Positions 40,001-55,300 are shown, counted from the first letter of the stretch. The stretch is DNA of 64,000 nt from Tubulanus polymorphus (GCF_964204645.1 NC_134027.1:13982485-14046484), one strand, 5' to 3'. Numbers and translations are program-made. The notes: generated from the letters alone by a model not told the origin.

Positions 40001-43000
40001 TAGTGACGAATTGGTTCAGATCGATACGGAAATATTACGGGAATCCTCTGGATCAGGATCAACTAATTCGGCCGATTCTAGTGAGTGTTATTCCTTCTGA
40101 ATCAATGAAATATCGGAATAGTTTCCACCTAATTGCAGGCACTTTATTCTTTCCTTTTCTTTTTCATATAGCTACTTCTCAGGCTCAGCTGACCAGAGAC
40201 TGCGATCTGAACACGAGAAAACACACATACAGGTATTTTTTACATTTATTTTTATAATCAATACAATCCTTTTAGGTTATAAATTAATAAACGAATACAG
40301 AAAATAATATATAAACATAATATAAAAAATCCAGATAAGTACATGTTAAAATAATAATCATTATTATTATTTTCGCAGGAACACTATATATTTGGAAAAG
40401 GCTATGACTGAAGTGATTAACCATCGAGTATTTAAATTCAGTTCAAATGGAATGGCAGCAGTACATTATGGAAAATCGATCGATAAAATTTTGACTACAA
40501 ATACGTCGCCGTCCAGACTTGGAATTAACCAGTGGTTTACATGTCCATTGTTTTAATTTGATAGTCATAGGGACAGTTTTTTTAACGTTTTTGTTCTTAC
40601 ACCATTTTTGTAATTTGACACGACACATATTAGATATATATCGGGTACTGTTCAGTATCATCATCAAAATCAATGTTGAACAACTCCTTCACATGGCTTT
40701 TGAAATTATTTTTATCGATAGGACGACGATCCGGAGGTTTCGCATTTTTTCCACACAATCGACAAAGATCCATGACTAAAAACAAGAAAAGGTTAATTAA
40801 ATGAGATTGCTGATGCTATTTAGGCAACTTGGTTTATATGGGGGACAATAACTTGTAGGCCTAATGTAAGCGTTATTAAGTAACATTATTATGTAGTAAA
40901 TACACATTTTAAAGATCATACTTCGTGTATATGTTTGTGTCGTAACATAGCAACATGACGTCAGAAACGAAAGCTGCGCGAGTCTGGGCCGAAATATTTG
41001 ACATCTTCAAGGCCCAAATAACGCTAAACCCGGAATCGGAACGAACTGGCAAAAACATATGTTTAACACATAAAAACAGACTTTAATCACAATATAAATA
41101 CTTAATGTTCCGATACCGGGTTTCGGAGATATAGAAGAATAAAAATACATACCTTTTTGGACAAATTTTACGAGAAATTGTTGAATTTCAACCGATTTTC
41201 TAAAGAAAAATATGTGTATACACAGCCACTTCCACGTTGTTCAATGAACTGCAGTGCGCATGCGTAGTATCGATCGCAGAACATTTATCGGGCTAAAACT
41301 ATTGCGGGTTGTTCTGCGACCAAATCAAAGTTGATGTTGACTGGTGTTCAGCTGGTAACACACACTCGATAAGCGTAGCTTACTGCTGTTGCGGTAACCT
41401 TTGATGTACGGGCTGAATTGAATAGCCTACATCCGGCAATTAAAAGCGTCCGTATTCCATCTCATCACACTTCCCTGCCTCAATCATAAAACATGTCATG
41501 AGCTACAACTTTCCAATTGATTTTGGTAGCAAAATATGCTTAAGTATCAATATGATGTGGAAAAACTTTTTTTCCACCTACGAATGAGTACTGATGACCC
41601 CAAGATGGCCGCCAATTGCGTTATAATTGCCTGGTCAAAAATACCCTCCCGGATATAAAAGATCCCTTTCCAAAGAATACCCATTACAAATTGCAATGAA
41701 AAATGGCACACCATTAGAAAGCTACAGGACTCAGAATTCAGGCCAAAATAAGACATTTTTGGGAACAAAAAAGGTCACAGGACGGCCATCTTGAGTCCGA
41801 TCGACCCAATTTTTCTTAAGCCGATGGGCCCTTGGGGGATACAAATATATGCGAATGATCAAGGTTATTGATAAAAGTGTCTTCAAAATTTCCCTCGAAA
41901 ACTTCAAAAATGTGTAAAAGTGCTGATTTTGGCGAACAACAATGGCTGCCAGTCGGCCATCTTGAATCTGACAGTGCCAGTTTTTGGCCTGAAGATGTGT
42001 CTAGGGTAGATACCCGTATAAACCAAAATATCAAGACATTACCTTGAAGCGTTTTAAAAAATTTGGAACTCTCACGAACTATCTAGATGGTTATTTCTCG
42101 ACCTCAATAGCTTCAAGACCCATCTCAAAACAACTTTGTTCCATGCAGCATACCATTTACTCTCGGAAAACGAATGGAATTTAACATTTTTTGGCAGAAT
42201 AAAATTTGATTGAATTTGCAATTCGAGCACATGGCTAATTAGTATATCAAGGTCATACACCCGATTTGGGAAAACCAGTTTTTTCGCGAACCTTGCGCAA
42301 TGATCAAGGATGAATTTTCTGTAGAGCAAATAAAAATTCCTCCCAAACACCAAATCAACTAATGATTTCATAGAAATACGATTTTAAATCTTAAAATAAA
42401 ACCCAGAAGTAAAACAGTAGACGATACCGCGGGTTCACGTGAACACCTGATTTCTGTAAACGAAATGTTGGTTGTGACAAAATTGTTCAGACGGTTAAGA
42501 TGAAAATGCATGTTTGAAAATAAATTCCTTTCAGCAGTTTTAATGACAGCTGAGCCCAATTTTGCTGATGGCATACTATTTTGGCGACAGCTAAGCTGCC
42601 GCCAAAAACATCAGCATTTTGTTTCGTTTTGTTGAATGAATGGTAGCGTATTGAAAAGCTGCTAGTTTCCTGGAAGACTAGGCTACATTCGAGGCATGTT
42701 TTACATGCCGCACACTTGATTTCAAACATATGTAGCTCATACACTTTTAAAGTCTACACACGAGTCTCTTGCGTGGGGAGTGGCAACCATGGCAACTCAG
42801 TTGAATGGATTATAGTAGCTCAAGCGAGCAAGTGCTAGGACTATTTGAAATTAAACGCGACAATTGCAGAATTAAAACGTGAATGAGACAATTCTTTCCA
42901 GGATTTTTTATGGGCTCTTCATAAATGTAAACTCTCGCCATTTATAGCCATTATGAATGGGTGTGAAAATATCTATAAATAACAATTAAGGGATTGCTTT

Positions 43001-46000
43001 AGACAAATTTGGGACTTCTAATGTAACATTCTACATTAAGGACTGATAATTCTTTTGACAGTTTTTACCTGAACATCTTCAATTCCATCATGTTCAAAAA
43101 GAAATTGTTCAATTTCCGTGGGATATATATTTTCTCCTCCTCGAATAATGACATCCTTTTTACGTCCGACAATGTAACAGCGTCCTTCTGGTGATAATAC
43201 CGCTAAATCCCTGAATATACAAGAGAAACAACCTATAGAAAACTAGAATGTGGCTACGCCACGTACCAGGATAAGCAAACAGAAAAGGGGCAAGAAATTG
43301 AAGATGGGAAACAAACATATTGTACATACAATTTACATCATAAACAGTAGAGTTAACTTAATTGTTCATTGACTTTTAAAGTCGAACACAGATAAACCTG
43401 TCTGTACTCTCATATCAAAATATCCACTAGAAATTGCAGGCATCCATCAGATATCCCCCTAACAGAGAGACGTAAACATTCTTTGACATGGATTATTTAA
43501 CTCCAGTGCCCAGTCGACTTTCGTCGACAGATTATTTGAGGTCATACAGTGCCCTGTCGACTTTCGTCGACATATCTTATAGCAGTTTTAATTCTAGTTT
43601 TTTATATAGAATTCAGCAGAGACACCTGCAGCTAGATGGCTTGATTAAATGGCAGCACCCATTAGTTTCTTTTTATGCTGCGTTTTTGTGGTGTTGCGAT
43701 TCAAAATATTTGAGTTTTTTTTTACCTATCCGGAGGTCACGTGATCTAATTTTAAGCTCATTTTCTATCTATTATTACCCATATGATTTATATTTCTGAC
43801 AGTAGACATAAAATATTCCATTGTCAGCTGTTAGCTGAGGCTAGATACCTGACTAGTTCATTTTCATACCTGAAATTTAAGGGGTTATCAAATAAATAGG
43901 TCACCACTACAATTTATGCAAATTAGCTCATTCCCATGAGACATCACTTTCAGTAAGAAAAATTATCACCAAAATTTTCCAAGGGTAATAATACCCTACA
44001 AACTTTTCAATTACTATAAAGCTCCATCTCTTACAGTTTTTCCCCTATGGACCTCCGATGTTACTTCTGATATTCCTACTTTTGAGTTAACAATGATGGG
44101 CACTTTGAGGGTTTTTCTCAAATTACACATTGGCACTGAAAGAGTTAAAGCAAGGAAGGATGAACAATGTTTTTACCCGCTATGAAGCCATCCACCTCTA
44201 AAAGTCTCATTAGTTTTTTTCTGATCGCCCCAGTAATATAACATTGAAGTAGTTCCCCTTGTGCACAGTTCACCTTTGCTTCCAATTGGTAAAACTCTAT
44301 TTTCATCATCCACTATCTTTGCCTGTAATTCAAGATACTGATACTTGTTTCAATGTTATCTTTACATTAGAGTGTTCAAGGGGCAGAGGCAAGTGCTTTT
44401 AGATCATCTGCCAAAAGTTTGTCTGAAATATATCCAACCACACCGAGGACAAACAGACTATTGTTTAAGTAACATAAAAAAGACTGACCCCTGTAGACGT
44501 ACAAATAAACGCGTACATATTGCAGATTAATTAAGACTGAAAATAATTGTGACAATTTGACAATCATTTAAGCTGATGGGAGTTATTAACAAATTTATAA
44601 ACTAAACAATTCTGATCTCAGTTCGGTTTTTAAATATTCAAACTAGAAAAAATCTTTCTATGTGGTCAGGTTAGCAACAGCTTGTTCAAAGACATTGAAA
44701 TGAATTCTCTATCTGTTCGCAACGTACAGTAGGCAGTTCAACTGTTCAAAAGTAACTATAGTTACAATTGAGACTGAAGTAGCGAACCAAAGAATTCGAC
44801 ACGGACAGCGGCCACGGATGAGCAATATCTGTTCATCGGACAGAAACGACAGTCTATGTTCCTTGTAGTTACCATTCTGACGGCAACCTAGCTAACACCA
44901 CATGTACGAAAGCCCGCGCCAATCACAACTACCCTGTTATGTTATCGTCTCATCATTGACCTTAGCTTCATATCATAGTGCAAGTATGACGCAGAGGTCA
45001 ATAAGTTGACACCCAAGCAGACTCAGGATCGGTCCACCTGTATGGTATTTTTCAATGCAAATTAGAATTCTTTCATCTGCATATCGATACAAACGTTTTT
45101 TTTGTCAAGATAACCCAGAGCGTATGCATTATCAATTTCAGTTTAAATATTTTCAAACAAATCTTTTTTCATTAATATATTATCCTTTATCTAAAGATAA
45201 ACAGCTTTGTTGATTTCAGTGAGCTACACGTGTTACTAAATTAAGGGCACTTACATTACAGCTACGCGGTAAAGTAAATATAGCAAACTACACTACACCT
45301 GCATCAACATGGAATTTTCAGCACAGTACAAGATGCTTATTAATCTTTCTCATCTTTGTTTCAACAAACGCAGGAAAGCGCAACAAATTTCTCACTGATT
45401 GAACAAGTAACAAAGCTATCTTGTGTTAAATAATAGAGAAAACTGAGAAAATGAAGTTCTAGTCGAACCACTGAACAACTACGCAACCCAACCACAATAA
45501 GGAACCGCTGATTCTCTCTGATTCGCTGCACAGAGCAGGAATCAGAGATCCAGACAAATTTCAAATGATTGATTTCAGATGAAAAGAATAGACATTATGC
45601 ATTTTTCATCCTGGTTTTGTATTGGTCATGGTTGTTGTGCATCTATATTGTGGTTACAGTGATTCCTTGGGTCTAAAAAATCTTGTTATCGCTACTGGAC
45701 GGCGGTTTATATGAAAATAATTTCAAAGGAACCAGTATTTGTTTGGTCACAGCACGTTTCACGTTTGTAGCCATTTGGAATTCCGCCTAGAGCGACTCTG
45801 CTCAATCCCCGAACTAATAATATTCGGTTCTACATGTACTAAGTTCGCATAAAGTCAATTAATTTCGATAACCAAAGTTTGCCCTGGCGCCTGGTCTCAT
45901 TTTCGGACTGGATTCTGTTTGCTGCAGGTGGCAATTGGCACTGGCAGCCAGTCAACACTATCGTTAAAGAATTTCAGATAAAATTGTTCAACCTAACTCA

Positions 46001-49000
46001 GTGCATCGTGCATTGGCCGGTGCCTTGTCCAACACTGGGTATCCCCGACCTAAAACCGGGTATAGTGAAAAGGAAGAAATTCCGTGTTTTGGAAAATTCT
46101 GCGATTCTTTGATTCCACGACATGACAACACTGTATTTTGCTGTCACTTCTCACAATAGTTACAACAGCAAACCCTTACTAAAGGCACCTGCTATGGTAC
46201 TCCAGTAGATTCCTGCAAGCGTAAATTTTCTAGCAGTTTTGCTAAGGTGATGACAACCTGAATTATAGAAATGTAACTGTGGCAATGAGCAGATATAATA
46301 TTTCCTACACTTATTTTTTGCACATACTCGCTGCTTAAAAAGCATGCCCAACACATAACAAAGCTACTAGTCATGCAAGCCCAATAAATCGATCAACTCA
46401 TATAAGTACACTTAGCCTAAAGGCTGTAAGCATGCTAAAAATAAGGACAAACTTCATATTGCATATTTTGAGAGTTGAAGTTTTTAGGAATTTGGGCATA
46501 TTTATATCACTAGCATAGACCACCTGAAACACAGAATTATTTTGACCGGTCAAAAGTTGTATATAGCATCCAATTTTTCATAATGATATCGGAACATTTT
46601 ATGTGAGATATATAAGGCAATATTGTCACCTCGACATAAGGCATGATATGTCCAATAGACTCAGTTCGGTGTTCAATAGGATCAGTCATTTTAGTCATAA
46701 ATGTAACAGGACTTGTCTCTGTTTGTCCATATGCTATCTGAAAAAGAATACATGTGCATTAGTAAATCTACAGAAAGCCAGGGTCCACCAAAAAGCTATC
46801 ATCTTTTTGACATGATTTTCTACCTGGAGCCAATGAAATCATATTGGCAATTTACCCAGTACTTGTTTTGAGAAACCTGTATTAGAATTGACGGTATTGG
46901 GATTTTCTGGGATAATAGCTAGTTCTATCGTGTCTTTTTTTGCTTTGAGTGTAATTAAATATATGGCCACTTTCATAAGTATGTGTAAACACTGAACTTT
47001 CAGGTTAGGCATTAATAACGTCACGTCTATGTCCTTTTATTTGCGTATGTACTGACCGACCAGTCTCTCCGATGTAAACCTTTTCACATTGACCACAGGG
47101 CATCTTATATATACCACATTCAGTAGGTTCTCAGGAATCTATGTTTCTACATAAGACATTACTGAGTTTATTATGATATTGGAAAACCAAACTGATATTA
47201 TAATTATGGAGAGGTCTCTGGAAGCGTTTTAAATTAGGAATGAAAAGTAGGACTACAGATTTTTGAAAGGTTAAGATGATCATTAATATTTCTGAAGAAA
47301 TTACATCTAGCCTTTCTTTGAGCTCGTTGTAAAATGTGAGTAGGGTAAGCTATTTTGGAGAGGGACTGTTTGATGTGTTTAAGTTAGGATTCTAAATATT
47401 GAGGGTTACATATCTTGTAAGCTCTGATGAAGAGACTTGCAACTACTCCAATTTTAACGTTCATATCACAAAACTAAAAATAATGGAGATATGCATCGGC
47501 ATGAGTAGGTTTTCAGTATACTGAGAATCTAAGTAAATTACCGGAATGATGTCTAAGTACGTTAAGGAGACTGGGGAATCATCTATCATACACAATATAT
47601 CATCAACATATCGAATAGGTAAGGCCGAGTTCCATTATATGATGGGATTAATTCAGATTTGATATGTTCTAGAAAGAATCCAGCTAACACTGGGGATAAA
47701 GGATTTCCTATGCTCATTCCAAAAATTGGTTTGTTATACGAACCATCCAATTGAAAATATGAATCAGATGTACAAATTTCGATAAGTTCTATTATACATT
47801 CGTTGGGTAATTCAAAGCTACCAGCAAAATCAGGTAACTTTCTGTTCAGAAAGTTTATAAAGTGGGGGCTAGAGGTTCATTGCTAAACAATGATTAAGCA
47901 TCAAAGGATAAACAACAAAGTCCTGTAGGATTGACAGTTTTTAGTCCGTCTAAAAGATCTGAATTATGTTTGAGATAACTATCAGAGGATAGTCGCCGAT
48001 TTTAATCGGCAAGCCACCACCAAATAAGCAAGAAAGCTTACTTTGATAGCTTACACCCATGGGCCTTACCCTATACACAAACCAAGTTTAGAAGAAATTG
48101 CATGTTATTACGTCTTAACACTCAGGCCCTCATTACCTTCAGTCACTTTTGACAATTAACCCACTCCCCATAATCTTCGATCATCTAGTCAATTGCTTTT
48201 AGTCCAACCTAGAGCTAAACTTGTATCTGCTGATCATAGAGCCTTTTACTATTGTGCGCCGTTTCTTTGGAATGAGTTACCTTACTGATAACATTTGGTC
48301 CAACTTCAGATGCTTTTAAATCCTAAATTAAGGCACATATTTTTTTTCAAAGCTTATTCTTAAGTATTCTTTTATGTCTAACTGTTGTTTTACTATTTTT
48401 TGAAGCCTTATAAAACGTAACCATTATGAAACCTAAACAATGTTAACCATTCAGCGTCATTTTACAAACGACAACTGTAAATCGATGTGGAAAACATCAC
48501 AGGTCTATGTGTACACATACAAGCTATTTATCAAAATAGAAAAAGAAAAAAAGATGTAGAATGGCTTCCTGTGATTATATAATGAGCGGTATTTGAACGT
48601 CGAAATGTTATATTGCATTGAATATCATTAGAAGACGTGTTGTAATAGCAAAGGATGTATGATTATATCAGAAGCGACAGGCATAAATAGAAATGATAAG
48701 TGAATCGGATTATTCGGCCAAAATTGCGGATGTATACACGATTTGGAAGTCTGATATAAAAGTAAGGCTACAGGATCCAAAGTCACGATGAAGCAGATAT
48801 CAGAAGAGCTCTTTCCTCAACCATGGAGGCAATGAAGTTGCAGATCAGCTTAGAGGCAAAAGTGAATGAAGTCGGTTGCAAGTTATCAATTATTGACAAT
48901 TTACAAAAATAATTTTACCACCACTGCAGTCGATGACCTGTATCATCTACCAAATCGCCAAATCTCACAATTCCCCAAATTCTTTAAAACTTCGATTTCA

Positions 49001-49264
49001 AATTTGAAATTCCACATACATTAACTCATCCCAAAAATTCTACATTTTTTTCGCAGGCGTCAAATAATTTATTTAAATTAATTTTCTTGTTTAAATTTGT
49101 GTATCCTATTTTTGTAAGCAGAAGATCATATCTTATATGGAATAGTGGCAATAAATTATCATTATTATCATTAGGCCATCCCAAAATAATTGTCTGTTTC
49201 CACTCGGAACCTTTGAAGTCGGGTGGTCGGGTAACGGCAAACAGACCATTACTTTGGGATGGCC

Positions 49265-49305
<41 letters not shown>

Positions 49306-52300
49306 TCTTTTTGATGTGTATAGAGCAGGGCCAATGTGAAATTCAAGACTTCCACCGTGGTGGCCATCCTGGAAGAGTAAGAAAGCTAATTTCCGATAGG
49401 TTTCGTCCACGGGCCTACCCTATACACAAAGTTCAGAAGAAATTGCATCATATTTAACCCTTTGAACCTGAAAGGCCGGTGTACCGGCCTAATAAAGTAT
49501 GACTATATCCCTAAAGGCCGCAGCACCGGCGTTGGAATTTATCTGGACTCAAACTCGCGATGTTTCAGTTTTCTGATGTTATACGATCCTCTCACGGCTG
49601 TAAAACAGATACGGAAGTAAATTGCTACCGCGTAGTAAAAATTATTTCGCAAATTCGTTAATATTTAGTCAAAAATGAGCGCTCAGAGATTGAATATCAG
49701 TCAGGTGATAAATCAACTGTTCGTGGATGACCCCGAAGATTTTCTGAATGTTGATTATGGTGCAGATAGCGATCTAGAGAGTGAATTTGACGCGGATATC
49801 GATCAGGAAAACTAGGTACCTTCCTCTGAACCTGTTCATGCATTACAAAACCATTTGGACTAGGGACCCCCAGGCCCAAAACCGGTCCAATAGTCCTCAT
49901 CAATATAGCTCCGATGATAAATATGATGACCAAATTCAACCAGAAAACAGTGTCAGTGACAATGAGAGTGATGAAAATGTTATCAGGACATCTCTAAATT
50001 CTGAGGATAATAGATCAAGGTCCAGAAGCCCCATTGAAACCCCAGCCCGTGGGCGTGGTCATGAACGAACTGGAGCTCGAACACGAAATCGTAGAGGTAT
50101 TGTCAGCGGTCGAAGACATTTGTTAACCGTGCCCGCAGCTCATGATATAAGTTCAGACAGTAGTGATTCGAACAGTAACCTTCCTGTCATCCCCCAACGT
50201 GCTAGAGGGCGTGCTAGAGGACTTGGACGTGCTAGAGGGCATAGAATTGGGCGAGGCCGTGGTCAGCAAAATCGTATACCGGCACAACAAGTCATTGATA
50301 ACTGGGTAAATACTACTCCAGGGTTTGTAGAAAATAATTTTAACCCAAATGAACAGCCTGGAATGAAGAATATCCTAGATGAAATTGGTGAAGATTCTTC
50401 TATGACTGATTTCCTATCATTGTTTTGGGATCGTGACGTCTGGATGAACTTGAAAACTCAAACGAATCGTCAGGCACGTAGATCACCAGATTCTTACTAT
50501 GGGAAAATAATAAATAAACAACCCATCACATTAGTTGAAATGAAGGCTCTTTTCGGCTTGAGAATCGCCATGGAAATGCTCATATCAAAAGACCGATATG
50601 AAGACTATTGGAAGGGCAACAAGTTTCTCACAAAAACTCCAGGTTTTGGACAAGTTATGTCTTGTGATCGGTTTCTTGCTATATGGAGTTTCTTACATGT
50701 TGTGGATGAAAATGATCCCGGTTTAGATAAAACAGATAAGATTTATAAATGTAGACCCTTATTCGACCATCTAATTAGGAAGTTCAAGGAACATTACGTA
50801 CCTAGTGAAAATCTGTCGTTAGATGAGGGAATGATTCCTACTAACAATGGATTATCATTCCGGCAGTACATAAAAGAAAAGCCAATCAAATGGGGAATAA
50901 AGACATTTCTCATATGTGACAGTTCCAATGGATATATATGTGATGCCGAAATATACACGGGTAAAGCTGATAATCAAAATAATGTTTTACAAAGAGAAAA
51001 TCTCGGTGTGACTGGTGAGTTGGTTGTGCGGCTTACTCGGGACTACACTGGCCAGTACTATTGTATTTATATCGACCGCTTTTATTCAGGAATCAATTTA
51101 GCTGAATATCTGCTGGATAGAGCACAGATCAAAGTTATTGGAACAATAAATACTTATAGGAAAAGATTTCCTGCTCAACTGAAAAACCCTCAGTTAGAAA
51201 GAGGTCAATATCAACTTAGTTACAATGGAAAAGTTGGGGTCTATGTTTGGATCGACAAGAAGCCTATATTTTTTTGGCATCTGCAGCTATTTCAAAACCT
51301 GTTACCTCTGTCCTCAGGTATAACAAAGAACAGAATAGACGAAATTTAGTGCCATGTCCAACTTTTCAACAGTCATATGGGCGGTGTTGATGTCAATGAT
51401 CAGATGTGCAAACTACAGAAGTCCCGACGACATTATAAATGGCCATGGCGCCTGGTGGTGAAATTCTTCCTCTGGGCAAGTTACAATTCTTATATTGTAA
51501 AACATTATTATCAGCCTAATTCTACTCAGGGACTTGCCTAAAAGAATATGCAAGATAAAAATCCAAACTTGTGCAAGATAAAAATCCAAACTTGAAGAAG
51601 ATTGGAGCATTAGAAGTTATTTTTTTTAAGTTCAAATATTAGGCGTTTTTGCTCCCGAGCGCAGGGTATACGTCATATTACACTAAAAACCTCAGGGTTC
51701 AAAGGGTTAATGTGTCATTTTGAGCACTTACAAGAAATTCAATTATGGGTCATAATTCCCCTGCAATTGTTACAGTTATCATCCAATAGACGGGTATTTA
51801 CGGTATTAAAGACGTTTGAATGCTTAATTTGGGTAAACATATGCTTGGATTCAACCTTTCAAATGAGGCCTCCACAGGGTCAAGTGTAATTTACAAGATC
51901 TATGAAAATATGTGGATTTCCCCAGTTATTCACTGGCTGTACTATAATTACAAATACGTATGCAGCAAAAACTGATAGAAGATCTATACAATTTATAACT
52001 TGCATCACAGAAATGTGTGTTGAATTATTCATAATAACCATTATGTATTAAGTTCTGTACTGATTTTTTCATTTTTCAAGTTCAGTTAAAATGTATTTAC
52101 CATGAAGTCTGGCATATTCATTTTCGTTGCAACTTTCTTAGCAACTTCAATAGGGCACGGTGCTCCAGCCATTATACCTGCAGATAATAATAACAATTAA
52201 TTGACAAAAGCAACAAAGAGATCTTTGATTGCTTAAGATATAAAACTACAGGTCCATGGAACTGGATCACTGGAGGACATTGTGGTCATGGTGGATAACG

Positions 52301-55300
52301 AGGATTCATGGAGGACATCAAAATCTAAAAGTTTATCAATTAGGCAAAAAATGAGTTGCATCGTCAGAACTAGACAGTTGAATGAGACAAGGGTGGGAGG
52401 TTTTCATTAGTTTACTGACCCTAATCAAAGTGTCACCTGATTATCGCCCGAGATAAATTATGCTAATAAGAACCATGTCGTATTGGCCTTTTATCATTAT
52501 TGTTGATTCGATTAACCCTTTTGCTACTTGGTACACAATCTACAGTGACTTTCGTACCACAGCTTTGCTACGTGGTACACAGTCACCGGTGACTCACATA
52601 TTCATAAAGAATTTTCATTATTCCCATACCCCATCTACCCCAAAACCTTTAAGTATTTCAGCTACTTTGTATAAACAGTCGTTTGGAAATATATTTAGTG
52701 GATCAATATTAATATGTTTCTCTAATTGCGCGGACTACCTACCTTGCTACACTAAAACAGCCATAATTTTTTTATCCATGGCAAATTTACCATCAAATTC
52801 TCAGATAATCATCAAAACATACAACAGAATAGAAAAGCAGGTTTTTTTTATAGGTTGCACCTGACGATGATCTCTAGGGTGAGATCGAAACGTCATGTCT
52901 TATATATATTTTAGATTGAATAAATAAATTCTTGTTTTTAAATTCTTTTAATCTGTAAATAGTGGGTTTTTATCTTATGCGCCTAGGTTGTACAGAATTA
53001 GTAAAATCAGAAAGCTACTTGACTTGACCAAGCCCTGACAGAGAGACTGGTGCATTGCTTTATTACATCTAGGCTCGACTATTGTAACAGTTTACTACTT
53101 GGGGAAACGAAATGTCAACTTGGTCCTCTTCAAACCATACAAAATGCTGCTGCTCGCCTTATTGTACAAAAACGTAAATTTGATAGTATAATGCCAGTTC
53201 TTTTTGAATTGCACTGGCTACCTATACACAAACGTTTTGAGTTCAAGGCAGTTTTATCGGTTTTTAAAGCATTAAATGGTCTTTCTCCTCTGTATATTAT
53301 AGAAATGCTGTCTCTTCATAGACCTAGCTGATAGTCTTAGATCTAAAAATCATCCTAGTCTTAGATCTAAAAATCAAGTTAGTCATGTACCTTTTAATAC
53401 AATTTTTTACGGTGAAAGAGCTTTTGCTTCGGCTGCTCCAATTTTATGGAACAATCTGCCCTCTAATTTATGCAGTTGCACAGATTTTGATGAATTTAAA
53501 TCTGGTGTGAAAACCTACCTTTTTTAAAAACATTTTATTGAAATGTAATGTGATAATGCGTATATCTTATGTAAACCGCTCTAAGACGCAGTGGAGAGCG
53601 GTTTAGAAATAAATGTTATTATTATTATTATTGTTTAGCAATTGAGAGGATATCCAAATTTTATTTGAGCTTTTGCTGAAAAACTCATAAATTATGCTAA
53701 TAAGGTGACGTGATGCACATAATTAGTATAAAACTAGAATGAGGCAAAGCCTCAAATGCACCCGGCCTGAAATTTACAGGCATACGTGAATTTACAGGGT
53801 TTGTCCCTGGAATTATTTCATAATGGGCTTCCTAGCCCCTATTGTCAACTGTAGCCTATAGAGGACTGATACCCAGATAGAGAGGACAAATTGGTTCCAT
53901 TGCAGCATATACAAATGTATAATACAAAAGCATATGTGTCAATAAGAAAAGAATTAAGACAACTTTTATGGCATTTTGAATGGTATTGAGCATAGGGTTG
54001 TGAGTTCCATATGATAGGTTTCTGATGACAAAATATATTGGTTAGTAGTAGATTAGTAAAATATTATTGGTAAAGCAATGAACTTTAAATTACATGTACA
54101 ACTCTGAAATTGCTTCAAATGAATATCTGATGATAGCCAATTATAGTACACGTTGGTGATTTTATGATCCACTGCTTACCAGTAAGGAAATAATTTATGG
54201 AAAAATATGAAATGACTGAAAGTCATATTGGTAACTTTAGAAAGAACAAAGAAGAAAACTGTTATGAAACAAACAATACTAACAAAAAACCAACTAAAAC
54301 TTAAAAATGATAAAAAATGGAAAACAAAAACAAAATGAAACCCCCTGTGTATGTTTGTGCTATGGGGAGAGCAGGCAAACCAGATGTATTATGCTATGAT
54401 GTAGCCTGAAAAATATTAAGAGTAACAAAAAGATATATTACTATATAGAAGAGCAGTTGCTTTAGGAAGCATTTGTCTTTGATATCATTTTCAAAAGGGT
54501 TAGACACTGAACTTAACCTTACTGACATGACCTTACTGAGAGACTAAAGTAAGATAATTGTGCAAATGATGTCATATCAATCCTCTAACCAATGAAACTT
54601 TTACCCTATCTGTGTACTGTACTAAGTGATGGTCAGATCCTGTAGTGAAATGATTCAGCTATCTTGCAAAATTGCCGGTATTTCTATATTTCATTTAACA
54701 TCTTTGATGCAAATGATAATGGTACAATCGGTCAACAATTACGGCCTCTAGACTGTTAACGTCGTTTTTCATGTCGGCCCCTGGTGGCTAAAATTTAAAT
54801 CGAATCGACCCAATTCTAAATAGGGTTCTACCCCAAGTGATACCCTAGTTGTGTACTGAGTTTTAAAACAATCGGTCAACAATTGCGGCCTCTAGGCTGT
54901 TAACATCGTTTTTCCTGGTGGCCATAATTTAAATGGAATCGATCCAATTCTGAATAGAGTTCTACCCCAAGTGATATCCTACTTATGTACCAAGTTTTCA
55001 AACAATCGGTCAACAATTGCGGCCTCTAGGCTGTTAATGTCGTTTTTCATGTCGGCCCCTGGTGGCCCTAATTGAAATCGAATCAACCCAATTTTAAATA
55101 GGGTTCTGTCCCAAGTGATATCCTACTTGTGTACCAAGTTTTAAAACAATCGGTCAACAATTGCGGCCTCTAGGCTGTTAACGTCGCTTTTCATGGCGGC
55201 CCCCTGGTGGCCATAATTTAAATCGAATCGACCCAATTTTATATAGGGTTCTGGCCCAAGTGATATCCTACTTGTGTACCAAGTTTTAAAACAATCGGTC

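Larger units (their letters stand above)
39325..41477. mobile_element. Internally deleted TIR DNA transposon, P-superfamily-like (CA..TG ends, 7-bp TSD), inserted in a HINE-A unit
   Basis: ~30-bp TIR cagggaagtgtgatgagatggaatac(a/g)gac at both ends. TSD CCTCAAT (39318-39324, 41478-41484). The flanks rejoin to the HINE consensus aaactcaccacaatcata. Confidence 0.85.

Noticed and set aside
39325-41477. ProtoRAG/Transib element
   Set aside because: Termini are CAGGG rather than CAC, the TSD is 7 bp rather than 5 bp, and no RAG1 core or RAG2 kelch sequence is visible.
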